DNA of 64,000 bases from Candidatus Pacearchaeota archaeon (lineage in GTDB: Archaea; Nanobdellota; Nanobdellia; Pacearchaeales; GW2011-AR1): the NCBI GenBank assembly GCA_019659125.1, contig JAIFVX010000001.1:118097-182096 (forward strand). Reading direction: 5' to 3'. Of the stretch, positions 34,301-42,229 are shown piece after piece. Positions within the stretch are counted from its first letter, which is position 1. Each line of letters opens with the position of its first letter. The position numbers were made by a program, and so were the translations under genes. Below the pieces are notes generated by a model. It was not told where the DNA came from, ran no database searches, and was given only the letters and a program-made list of their open reading frames with translations.

Positions 34301-37300
34301 AATCATTGAGTATGGCCATGACAGTGAAATTATAGACGCTGCTGTTCGTCTGTTGGCCATCTGAATCAGTAGCGCTGGCATACCATTCATACGTTCCGTT
34401 AGGAACAAGACTTGACCATACAACCGAAGCAGAAGTTCCATTGGCGACCGATATGTTGCCAATCTCGTAGTACGTTCCATTATCTCCTCCAGCCCAGTCG
34501 AAACCAAGGCTTCCAGAATACTGGCTGTCTGCATCAGTCTCAAATGAAAGATTGTTGGCGTTGATAGTGTAGAGATTAAATCTGTTTGTGGTTGGATCTA
34601 TAATCATGTAATTAAGCCATCCCTGTCCTCCCAATGTTCTTCCTTGATAGTCATGCATGAGTTGCCAGACCATTTTTCCTCCAAGACTGGTGTCATTCCT
34701 ATGAGCTTCTCCAGGAGTATGCCCTGACGTCACTAAGAATGTGTTATTATTCGTATTGATAACTCCATCCCATATGTATTGAGTATTAGTGCCTCCTGCA
34801 CACCCACCCTCAGCACTTCCTACGTTTCTGTTCCCGCTTCCATCCAAGAATCCATGCGTGGTGACAACAGCAAGCTTGTTGGAATAATTCTTTAGTGTGT
34901 CGTTTGCCCAGACTATGGTTTCACCCCATGGGCAAAATTCAAGGCTTAAAAATATAAGGTCCTCTCCGGCAACATTATCCATAGTCATATAACTGTTTGA
35001 GTTATTGATGCTCTGGTTATTTCCCCACCACGAACGGAAGCTGTATCGTGGAGCGCCAAAATAATTCCTAAAGTTAGTATAATTTCCAAGAAGCTTATCA
35101 TGATTTCCAACATTGATAATATAGGGACTGTTATTCTGGTCAAGGACATTGTATGAAGCGTTTGCTCTATCCCATTCACTTTCCGTTTCGGTATTCTGTA
35201 CGACGTCTCCAAGACTGATAACGAACTTAATATTCAATGCAGCAGTATTTTCACGGATCCAGGTAGTTTGATTAGTAAATGTCAATGGGAATGACTCGGC
35301 ATAAAACTGAGTGTCGGGGACGAGAACAAAAGTGAAATTTTCTATCCTTCCATTGGTAATATTTCTTCCGAAGAATCTAACGGTAATGTTTCCCTGACTG
35401 TTGTCAACAACACTAACATTCAATGTTGTGGATGTAAGTTGATTTGTGGCGTTTTGAGCAGGGCTATTAATGGTAACGTTAGGGGGATTAGTGTCTACGG
35501 TAGTAAAGATCACGGTAAAGTTGGTTGCGTTAAATGCGGAATTACTCGAGTTGTCATACGCTTGATAATTCCAATAATACGTATCAAACCGAGGCAAGAC
35601 AAATGTAATGTTAGTTGCATTGTTGGTTCCATTGAACCCTCGAAATGTCGTATTCACTAAGGATGTTGAGTTCCAGATGTAGAAGGTTGCGTTTGCAAGC
35701 TGAGTGTTATCGCTAAAGGTTGCATTGAAGGATGTTGCATTGCTACTGATAGTGGTTCCGTTTGTAGGGGCATTTAGGTTAATAGCAGGAGGTGTTGTGT
35801 CCGTACTTGCAAAGAATGTAAATTCTCTTTCTTTGGCAAGTGTTGTGGTAGAATTCGAGATATTTACCTTCCAATAATATTTCTGCAATGAAAGATTATA
35901 ATGGTTCATGATCTGACTGTCGGAAAGGCTTGTATTGTAGATTGCTATCTCATCAAGAAGTCCGTTGAACGCTCCGTTTGCTGTTCCTGTTGAGAGATAG
36001 GCGACACCGATACCAATTCGCGAGGTAGAAGAGAACGTAGGTGCACTGGTGGCGCTTAAGTTGCTCCCTTCAAGCGCTCCGTTCAGATAGATATACAAAC
36101 CGCTGCTGTTCTTCTTGGCGGCAAAATGATACCATGTACTAAAGTTAAGTGTTGTTGATCCAATCGCAAGATGATTGACAGAGTTGGTAATGTTTTCATA
36201 GTCTGCTGTCAGCTTATAGTCTCCTCTGATTCCCACAAAATAAGGGAAGTCCTGAGAATTAAGTTCTGCCTCAGCCATTCCTTTTGTCACCAAAGGAATT
36301 AGGAAGGCGCCTCCTGTTCCAGTGTTTGCAGTAGTCCCGTTGCTAGTCATGTTGAACCATCCCATGATAGTGTATTCCGTTGTATTGCTCAGTTCCCCCT
36401 GATTGGCAATGAACAGATTTTGCGTTGCGTTAAACTCAAGAGCTCCTGCAATTCTTCCTGTAGGATTGAAGACAGGGCACCCTGTCCCACAGGAAGCGTT
36501 CTGCTGCGCAACACTGTTAAGTAAGGAATAATCCATGACAATGCTCGCATTCTCTCCAAAACGCGATAGATTATCCATATGAAGTAGCACAGTCAGCCCC
36601 GACTCATTTCTCCCCGTTACGGGCACACTCCAATTATATGAAAGCATCTGGTTAGGAGTGTCTCGTAATCCATGATAGACAAGGCTATCATCCATCAAAG
36701 AATAATTGCTGTTAACATAAATAAATGTCTCAACCGTAGAGCCAAGACTCTCTGGGGTCCATTGGAGTAGTGCGCTGAGGTTGCCCGTGATGAGTGAGGC
36801 GTTGGCAGGGGCATTGAGTGAAAGAGCAAAGACTATGCTTGTGTTGAGAGCAAATGTTACCGACGCAGTCCGGTTGAAATTATTTACCGTGTCATTGCAG
36901 TAGAATCGTGCCGTGTAGCTTCCATCGGCAATGCTCGAATTGCTTGCGTTGAAGGTGACATTAGAGTTGCTCTGCATCGTGTAGTTAGTGACTCCAGCAT
37001 TCAGGCTGTACTGGCACAACCCAGCCTCACTCAGGCTTACATTAAATATAATGGGTGAAGAACTATAGGTCTGGTTTGCAGGGCTATTAATGGTAACGAG
37101 AGGAGAAGCAGTATCAAAGATAAGCGTAAAGTTGGTTGCGTTAAATGCGGAATTACTCGAGTTGTCATAAGCAAGGTAATTCCAGAAATAGGTGCCTCCT
37201 CGGGGAAGGACAAACGTGATATTGCTTGCATTACTTGTTCCATTGAACCCGATAGAGGTTGTATTCACTAAGGATGTTGAGTTCCAGATGTAGAAGGTTG

Positions 37301-39401
37301 CGTTTGCAAGCTGGAAATCATCAGTAAATGTGGCATTGAAGGATGTTGCATTGCTGCCCACCGTCGTTCCATTGGTGGGAGCATTTAAGTTGCTAGCAGG
37401 AGGTGTTGTGTCAGAAGACGCAATAGTAATCGTCACATTTCTTAATTCAGTCTGGTTCTTGTTTCCCGATGTGTCAACTGCATAGGCGGTGAACGCATGA
37501 GAAGCAGCAGGCAAAGAAGTAAAATTATTAGTATATTGAGTAGCCGTTGCATCGTATAATGCTCCAATTTCTGTATTGTTCAAGCTTCTATTGAAGACAA
37601 TCACCTCATCAAGGGATCCGTTCCATGCGTTGCCCGCAGAACAGAATGAAGGTGTCCTGCAGCCAATGCCCATGCCATCGCTTGGAGGGCCGTTGAACTG
37701 GTCAAAGACTGCAGGATTGAATGCAGTAGAAGTTTGATAAACATTTCCCGTACTATTACGTAGATTACATACGATGCTGCTTCCTTCATAGGTAAGAGCA
37801 AAGGACAAGGCACCCATCTCGAAGATATAGACCGTTCCAGAGGCAGAAGGCTGCCTGTTCAGCCACAAGGATGCGGTAAAGCCTTCGCCCTCATTACGAA
37901 GCAAGGGATAGGAGGGAAGGGAAATGATGCTGCTATTGCCGTCAAAGGTGAAGGATGCGTTGAACTTTCCTGATGCATTCTGGAATGCCCTGCTCGAATT
38001 GCTTGCGTTGGTGCTGTAGCTTGATGAGTCAATAATTCCATTCGTGCTGTTGATGTCGTCCATCCTGAGCCATAGTTTTACCGTTCTATCAAAGTCAACA
38101 AACGTATAATGAGTGCTTGCGTCAGTGCTTGACACATTCACATAGATGCTTGTTGCGGTCTGTGAAGAGCCATTCGATGCTGTAGGGCTTGTGAAATTGA
38201 TAGCAGGAGGAGTGGTGTCATTAGTATTAACGGCGGATGTTGTCAGATTGAACTGAAAAGTTCCTGAAAAGTTCATGCTTCCCGTTGCATTGGTCGCGTT
38301 GACCGCCCAATATTTAATTCCCAGGGTGTGATTGTAATAATTAACAATCTCTGATGTTGATAGGCTCCTGTTGAAGATGACTATATCTGCAATCGTTCCG
38401 TTGAACGATCCGGTGATGAGACCTGCGGTGTTATATGACTGACCTATGCCTACTTTCATCGTCCCTCCCGCAATGTTAGGAGTCGAGCCGGCAATACTCC
38501 TATTTCCATCAAGAATTCCATCAAGATAGACAGAAGCATATGACCAGTTCTGAACAACATACACTACATGATGCCAGACGTTAGTAGTTACTGGAGTCGC
38601 TCCGTAGACAGGAGCATTCTGACTTAACCCTGCTCCCCCATTGGAGTTATTCTCAAAATCACCAAGAAGAACTCGGTTAGTTGAATTAATAGCGACGAAG
38701 AAATGGACGTCAGCTGCAGAGGATTCGGCCTCCGCCACTCCCTTGGTAATGATGGGATATCCCGTTGCTCCACCATTTCCAGTGTTTGCCGTTGATCCAT
38801 TTCCCACCATATAAATCCACGCCATGACAGTATACGAAGCCATATCAAATACGCCGGAATCTGCAACGCTCGCGTTTCGTTTTGATGCGACTCCATCAAG
38901 CGTGATTCCCCATCCAAAAGGCATGCTGTCATTGAACACCATGCTGCTGGTAAAGGTCGCGTTGTTGTCCGCGCCTGCAAAGTCATAGGCAAGTGTCTGA
39001 TTTTCCCCAGATCCTGACTGATTGTCAAGATGAAGAAGCAAGACTGTGTTGCTCGTTTTAGTAGGAAGAGGTGCAGTCCAGTTGATAGCAAATGTTGCAT
39101 TCCCTACGCTCATGTTGAAGTAAATAAGGCTTGTCCAAAGATTGGAAGCATTGTCAGTTGCATACACCCAAACGTTACTTGAATTTCCAATGGTAAAGTT
39201 AAGAACAACCGTTGGAAAGGTAACAACATTGCTGTTGTTCGCAGGAGAATTGATAACGATTTGAGGTGGATCTCCTGCTGCAAGAACAATAGCAATGAAA
39301 GCAAGAAGTACTCCCAAGACAACAACAAAAACACCCAGCCTATGCACATCCTGCGTGCTACTCTTCACACTATACCATAGGCCTCTTTTTGTACCTTTCA
39401 T
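31356..39401 (-). CDS. giant (2681 aa) membrane-anchored surface protein: 3 LamG/ConA-like modules, 6 copies of a ~95-aa Ig-like repeat, embedded metallophosphoesterase, further Ig-like modules, Ser/Gly linker, C-terminal TM
   Basis: Single uninterrupted ORF with an N-terminal TM/signal. LamG-like regions lie at ~38276-39059, ~37555-38085 and ~35895-36600. Phosphoesterase motifs are PDTQ, GDVV, GNHD, TTHG and GHTPGEAH. Linker SSSGSGSSGSSGSGSGAGAGAA, then TM ILVWTSFVVIALMILTSV. Confidence 0.85.
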   Translation of the reverse strand: MKGTKRGLWYSVKSSTQDVHRLGVFVVVLGVLLAFIAIVLAAGDPPQIVINSPANNSNVVTFPTVVLNFTIGNSSNVWVYATDNASNLWTSLIYFNMSVGNATFAINWTAPLPTKTSNTVLLLHLDNQSGSGENQTLAYDFAGADNNATFTSSMVFNDSMPFGWGITLDGVASKRNASVADSGVFDMASYTVMAWIYMVGNGSTANTGNGGATGYPIITKGVAEAESSAADVHFFVAINSTNRVLLGDFENNSNGGAGLSQNAPVYGATPVTTNVWHHVVYVVQNWSYASVYLDGILDGNRSIAGSTPNIAGGTMKVGIGQSYNTAGLITGSFNGTIADIVIFNRSLSTSEIVNYYNHTLGIKYWAVNATNATGSMNFSGTFQFNLTTSAVNTNDTTPPAINFTSPTASNGSSQTATSIYVNVSSTDASTHYTFVDFDRTVKLWLRMDDINSTNGIIDSSSYSTNASNSSRAFQNASGKFNASFTFDGNSSIISLPSYPLLRNEGEGFTASLWLNRQPSASGTVYIFEMGALSFALTYEGSSIVCNLRNSTGNVYQTSTAFNPAVFDQFNGPPSDGMGIGCRTPSFCSAGNAWNGSLDEVIVFNRSLNNTEIGALYDATATQYTNNFTSLPAASHAFTAYAVDTSGNKNQTELRNVTITIASSDTTPPASNLNAPTNGTTVGSNATSFNATFTDDFQLANATFYIWNSTSLVNTTSIGFNGTSNASNITFVLPRGGTYFWNYLAYDNSSNSAFNATNFTLIFDTASPLVTINSPANQTYSSSPIIFNVSLSEAGLCQYSLNAGVTNYTMQSNSNVTFNASNSSIADGSYTARFYCNDTVNNFNRTASVTFALNTSIVFALSLNAPANASLITGNLSALLQWTPESLGSTVETFIYVNSNYSLMDDSLVYHGLRDTPNQMLSYNWSVPVTGRNESGLTVLLHMDNLSRFGENASIVMDYSLLNSVAQQNASCGTGCPVFNPTGRIAGALEFNATQNLFIANQGELSNTTEYTIMGWFNMTSNGTTANTGTGGAFLIPLVTKGMAEAELNSQDFPYFVGIRGDYKLTADYENITNSVNHLAIGSTTLNFSTWYHFAAKKNSSGLYIYLNGALEGSNLSATSAPTFSSTSRIGIGVAYLSTGTANGAFNGLLDEIAIYNTSLSDSQIMNHYNLSLQKYYWKVNISNSTTTLAKEREFTFFASTDTTPPAINLNAPTNGTTISSNATSFNATFSDNTQLANATFYIWNSTSLVNTTFRGFNGTNNATNITFVLPRFDTYYWNYQAYDNSSNSAFNATNFTVIFTTVDTNPPNVTINSPAQNATNQLTSTTLNVSVVDNSQGNITVRFFGRNITNGRIENFTFVLVPDTQFYAESFPLTFTNQTTWIRENTAALNIKFVISLGDVVQNTETESEWDRANASYNVLDQNNSPYIINVGNHDKLLGNYTNFRNYFGAPRYSFRSWWGNNQSINNSNSYMTMDNVAGEDLIFLSLEFCPWGETIVWANDTLKNYSNKLAVVTTHGFLDGSGNRNVGSAEGGCAGGTNTQYIWDGVINTNNNTFLVTSGHTPGEAHRNDTSLGGKMVWQLMHDYQGRTLGGQGWLNYMIIDPTTNRFNLYTINANNLSFETDADSQYSGSLGFDWAGGDNGTYYEIGNISVANGTSASVVWSSLVPNGTYEWYASATDSDGQQTNSSVYNFTVMAILNDSTVPVVNLNAPANGSTVSSNSTSFNATFSDDYQLRNATFYIWNSTSLVNTTFRGFNGTSNASNITFVLPRTDIYYWNYLAYDNSSNSAFNRTNFTLIFAVSDTSVPSVNLNAPANGSTVLTNATSFNATFTDDYQLRNATFYIWNATTLVNTTFRGINGTSNASNITFVLPRIDTYYWNYQVYDNSSNGAFNSSNFTVIFSVADITAPSVNLNAPSNGTTVTTNSTSFNASFSDDYQLSNATFFIWNATSLVNTTFRGINGTNNATNITFVLPRFDTYFWNYKVFDNSSNGAFNATNFTLIFAAADTTAPVANLLAPPNNTIVTSSTVFFAANFTDNSQLANATLVLYNSTGSLISTNITTVTGTSNSSNLSLILSAQGRWFWNYQIVDSSSNRAYNSSNYTITLDSVIPGVTINIPANITYNNASFNFNVSLNEQGTVLFSLNGGATNYTMGSTNNQSFNYTNSSIRDGSYTFKVYANDSAGNRNDTTSVVFSIDTTVPAVTIDVPQNTTYTSSSFTFNVTLNENGTVLYTLNAGLTNYSMSSSDGLHFNASNSSIGQGSFTFKVWVNDSVGNRNDTTQTTFFVDSLTPGIEYVSPTDTNGSSSTRRFILINVTGNDTNLANITISLFNTTSLVNRTLKTLSPNFVNISVAADGIYYFNATIVDTVGNVNSTNTRTFIIDTAAPLINLTAPDNGKNYSGGQAISFQYTVSDIIIQNCSLTVNSTVIDSSSSISTSATNTFTDSLGVGFYTWNISCLDSVLNSNISATRVFNITASSSGSGSSGSSGSGSGAGAGAAVSSPVTYIANTSDLSDGYNQSLRINDRINFSRGLVNHTVIVNDIKESTVNVTIFSSPINLILHEGDRVKLNFTSPDYYDIMVEVLDIIASRAVIKVQEIPHDLIPHEAAPEPEVEPTINISVSHPRLIPDISEHSILVWTSFVVIALMILTSVRLFYERRAWMHGRYIKHHILYRPKDFYIKRD
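33095..34310 (-). repeat. four tandem ~95-aa coding repeats (..NLNAP.NG(S/T)TV..N.TSFNA(T/S)F.DDYQL.NATF(Y/F)IWN.T.LVNTTFRG.NGT.NA.NITFVLPR.D.Y(Y/F)WNY..(Y/F)DNSSN.AFN..NFT.IF)
   Basis: Read directly from the translation. Boundaries are at ~34310, ~34010, ~33705, ~33400 and ~33095. The fourth copy is degenerate. Two more copies lie at ~35505-35815 and ~37115-37420. Confidence 0.8.
34560..35345 (-). other. calcineurin-like metallophosphoesterase domain inside the giant protein
   Basis: FTFVLVPDTQFY (35311-35322 encodes PDTQ), ISLGDVVQN, INVGNHDK (~35094-35111), AVVTTHGF, and TSGHTPGEAH (~34701-34730). Confidence 0.75.
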
Positions 39402-39494
39402 ACGTCTTTTTATGTCCTGCTAAAGCAAAAAGAGATTTATAATGTTTTCCGTGTGCAAACAAGGATTTTTATATCCCTTTTTCATGCTTACAGA

Positions 39495-40709
39495 ATGAAA
39501 ATTGAGATCGACACGGTCAAGGGATTTCAAGATTACCTGCCTCCAGAATCGTTGAAGCGGAATGCAGTGAGAAACTGTATAGAAGACTGGTATAAACGCT
39601 ATGGATTCATCCCTATCGAGACACCATTTATAGAATTTGATGAAAGCATGCGTTCTGAAGCCATGGAAGAAGATGAAGCAGTCTCAGACCGTTTCAGGTT
39701 GAAGGACAGAGGAGGAAGAAATCTTGGTTTACGATATGAGTTCACCTTCCAGCTTGCACGAATATTCAAGCAAAACCCTCACATTAAGCTTCCGTTTAGG
39801 CGATATCAAATAGGGGAGGTCTTTCGGGATGAGCCTATTGGCCCAGGAAGATTTAGACAGTTCACACAATGTGATGCAGACATTGTAGGGGACTCTTCCG
39901 CTGATGGAGAGGCTGAATGTCTTGCCTTGATCCACGATATCCTTAAAGAATTAAAAATAAATGCAGGTATCCATATCAACAACAGGAAACTTCTTACGGC
40001 AATTATAGAAAGCGTTCAGATTGCTGAGAAAGAAAAGGTTATGAAAGAGCTTGACAAAATGGATAAGATCGGAGAAGATCATGTCAAGTCAAACATACGA
40101 AAATATGCTGATACGAATCAAATCCTTACCCTCTACAAGCTTCTTGAGAAGCCTCTTGAGTTCTTCATTGACAATGCCTTCGACGGAGCAAAAGAGATAG
40201 ATGCCGTAAGGCAGAAAGCAAGGAAATATGGAGCGGAGGTTATCTTCAGTCCCATGCTTGTCCGAGGATTAGGATACTACACGGGAAATGTCTTTGAAGT
40301 TAAGCATGAAGGAAAAAACACCATTGCAGCAGGAGGAAGATACGACAAAGTTGTTGGAAAATACACGAACAACGAAATTCCTGCATTTGGAATCTCATTT
40401 GGATTGGAGAGGATAACTGAATTGGCAAAAATAGAAACCCCTGCAATCCCTAAAGTCATGATCCTTTCCCTAGATCAAGACAATGAAACGATTAAGCTTG
40501 CAAGAAAGTTGAGAAAAGCAGCTGTTTCATGCATCACCACATCAGATAAAGTAGGAAAGGCATTGGAATATGCAAATGCATCAAACATCCCTAATGTCAT
40601 ATTCCTCGGAAAAGATGAAGTTGAAAAGAAGAAATTCAAACTTAAAGACATGAAGTCCGGCGAGGAAAAGCTTCTTACCGAGAAGCAGCTTCTGACGGCG
40701 CTCGAATAG
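39495..40709 (+). CDS. hisS: histidyl-tRNA synthetase
   Basis: MKIEIDTVKGFQDYLPPES, class II motifs (..FRDEPIGPGRFRQFTQCDADIVG.., ..GGRYD.., GISFGLERI) and a C-terminal anticodon-binding domain. Start moved to 39495, which has a TTTTTATAT box ~20 nt upstream. Confidence 0.9.
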   Translation: MKIEIDTVKGFQDYLPPESLKRNAVRNCIEDWYKRYGFIPIETPFIEFDESMRSEAMEEDEAVSDRFRLKDRGGRNLGLRYEFTFQLARIFKQNPHIKLPFRRYQIGEVFRDEPIGPGRFRQFTQCDADIVGDSSADGEAECLALIHDILKELKINAGIHINNRKLLTAIIESVQIAEKEKVMKELDKMDKIGEDHVKSNIRKYADTNQILTLYKLLEKPLEFFIDNAFDGAKEIDAVRQKARKYGAEVIFSPMLVRGLGYYTGNVFEVKHEGKNTIAAGGRYDKVVGKYTNNEIPAFGISFGLERITELAKIETPAIPKVMILSLDQDNETIKLARKLRKAAVSCITTSDKVGKALEYANASNIPNVIFLGKDEVEKKKFKLKDMKSGEEKLLTEKQLLTALE

Positions 40710-41082
40710 ACGTAATAACTCTATATTTATCTCTTCCTAATCGATTATAGACTTGTGCCAATGTTTTAGCAAAGGGTACAAACTCTGGAGGCCACGCATA
40801 GATGTTATGTGTCTCAAAATAAACATCCATTGCAGGCGCGGAATTTACCGTGAAATGCTCTGCAAAGGGAGATATGTGCTTGTAGTTTTGGCTTTCACCA
40901 GAATTGATGGCAACAAATCGCTCAAGATCATCTACAGGTTTTCCTTCGTTATAATCATCATATAAAGCATCAGCGATTGCCATAAGCCTATGAACATGAC
41001 TCGTAAGATTTCCGTTATGCTCTAACACTTCTACCATCCCTCGTAAAATCAAAGCATACTTAAAAACATTATTGTTATACAC
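40675..41082 (-). CDS. hypothetical protein translationally coupled to scpA
   Basis: 135 aa. Its start codon overlaps the scpA stop at 41082. No ScpB-like winged-helix pattern is recognisable by eye. Confidence 0.45.
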   Translation of the reverse strand: MYNNNVFKYALILRGMVEVLEHNGNLTSHVHRLMAIADALYDDYNEGKPVDDLERFVAINSGESQNYKHISPFAEHFTVNSAPAMDVYFETHNIYAWPPEFVPFAKTLAQVYNRLGRDKYRVITSIRAPSEAASR

Positions 41083-41966
41083 TATTCACTCAAATTGCTA
41101 AGTGTGTTGCCAAAATCATTCTCAACTTCTTCATACTCTTCCTTAAGCTCTTCAGGAAGTGTGGCATTAAACTCTTTCATTGCCTCTTCAACCTCTTTCC
41201 GCATCTCTTCAAGCAAGGGAGCATTTTCCTTCTCATATAATGTCTTGAGCCAGATCCATATTTCCTCCAAATGACCTTCCTGTTCAACCCAAACCTTATG
41301 TTGATTATCAAGATGCAGCAAAGGAACAAACGTTGCAATCCTGTCTTCCATAGATTCTCCAGCAAGCTCTGAGAATGCAAGTTTGCTGGTTCTCTCAGAA
41401 AAGATAGTTTTCAGCTTCGAGTACACTGCATGAATCTGGTCCTTAATGTTTATCTTCTGCTTTGGCAAAGACAGTGCAGTCTCTAGCTCTTGCTGTTTTG
41501 CAACAACAACTCTCTTGATTCTTCGTGTCTCTGTTTGCAACGCATTGCCTAGAGCCCTCATCAGTTCATGAAGAGTTACCTTTTTGAATCGAGGCAGGGG
41601 AGTTCTCGGGACAAGTCCGGGGATCTCATCCTCAAGTTCAATCCTTTCTTGCACATACTTTTTCTCCTCTTTCCTTCCAAACAGAATAGCATCAAGCTCT
41701 TGAAGGTCTTCTTCAAGCAAGATTTCAGACTTCATCCGCAAAAGAAGTGCCGCGGCAAGCAAGACTTTTGAAGAAACGAAGAAATTTGCCTCTTCAAGTT
41801 CCCGGACTTTGACCAAGTACTTCTGAGAAAGCACGCTAAGGTCAATGTCCCATGGATCAAGCTGTTCGCTATTGATCAAATCATAGATCAAGGACTGCCA
41901 ACTGAGTTTATCACCAAATAAAAGGCCATGAATTTGCTCCTGACCTACTTTTTCTTTTCCTTCCAT
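41082..41966 (-). CDS. scpA: segregation and condensation protein A (kleisin)
   Basis: N-terminus SLIYDLINSEQLDPWDIDLSVLSQKYLVKVRELEEANFFVSSKVLLAAALLLRMKSEILL is the ScpA signature block. Confidence 0.8.
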   Translation of the reverse strand: MEGKEKVGQEQIHGLLFGDKLSWQSLIYDLINSEQLDPWDIDLSVLSQKYLVKVRELEEANFFVSSKVLLAAALLLRMKSEILLEEDLQELDAILFGRKEEKKYVQERIELEDEIPGLVPRTPLPRFKKVTLHELMRALGNALQTETRRIKRVVVAKQQELETALSLPKQKINIKDQIHAVYSKLKTIFSERTSKLAFSELAGESMEDRIATFVPLLHLDNQHKVWVEQEGHLEEIWIWLKTLYEKENAPLLEEMRKEVEEAMKEFNATLPEELKEEYEEVENDFGNTLSNLSE

Positions 41967-42086
41967 ATACTATGGAAGAACATTAGTTTATATGTTTTCT
42001 CTAAAATAACAACTTAACCGAACTTCTCATCGTCTTCCCTTATAATCTTCATGTTCTCATTGGTAAGTTACAACAAAAACGAAAGA

Positions 42087-42094
42087 TTTAAATA
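42087..42094 (+). promoter_or_regulatory. TATA box (TTTAAATA) upstream of candidate small RNA 1
   Basis: Context aaagaTTTAAATAtag, with 20 nt to the shared ATCACCTCTTT start motif at 42115. Confidence 0.5.
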
Positions 42095-42114
42095 TAGCCA
42101 GTTTATAGATATTT

Positions 42115-42186
42115 ATCACCTCTTTTTTCCCGGAAGAGGACGTTTAGTCTTTCTTTTTTTGACGGATTAAACCTCCTCTTCACGGG
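42115..42186 (+). ncRNA. candidate structured small RNA 1 (unknown family)
   Basis: Begins ATCACCTCTTT. CCTCTT (42119-24) or CCTCTTCACGGG (42175-86) can each pair with CCCGGAAGAGG (42129-39). Contains internal T-runs. The ends are not determined. Confidence 0.3.
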
Positions 42187-42200
42187 TTTATATGCAAATC

Positions 42201-42208
42201 TTTAAATA
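42201..42208 (+). promoter_or_regulatory. TATA box (TTTAAATA) upstream of candidate small RNA 2
   Basis: Context aaatcTTTAAATAgtg, with 21 nt to ATCACCTCTTT at 42230. Same layout as 42087-42094. Confidence 0.5.
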
Positions 42209-42229
42209 GTGGGAGTGTCTTAAGATACT

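Noticed and set aside
31469-39349. About a dozen 60-160-aa ORFs in the track that lie inside the giant gene, on either strand and in other frames (e.g. 38624-39100, 39110-39349, 34277-34543, 35439-35660).
   Set aside because: They sit entirely within a long, motif-rich ORF. Their translations are low-complexity or unstructured, with no motifs. They are the usual shadow ORFs of a long gene with biased codon composition.
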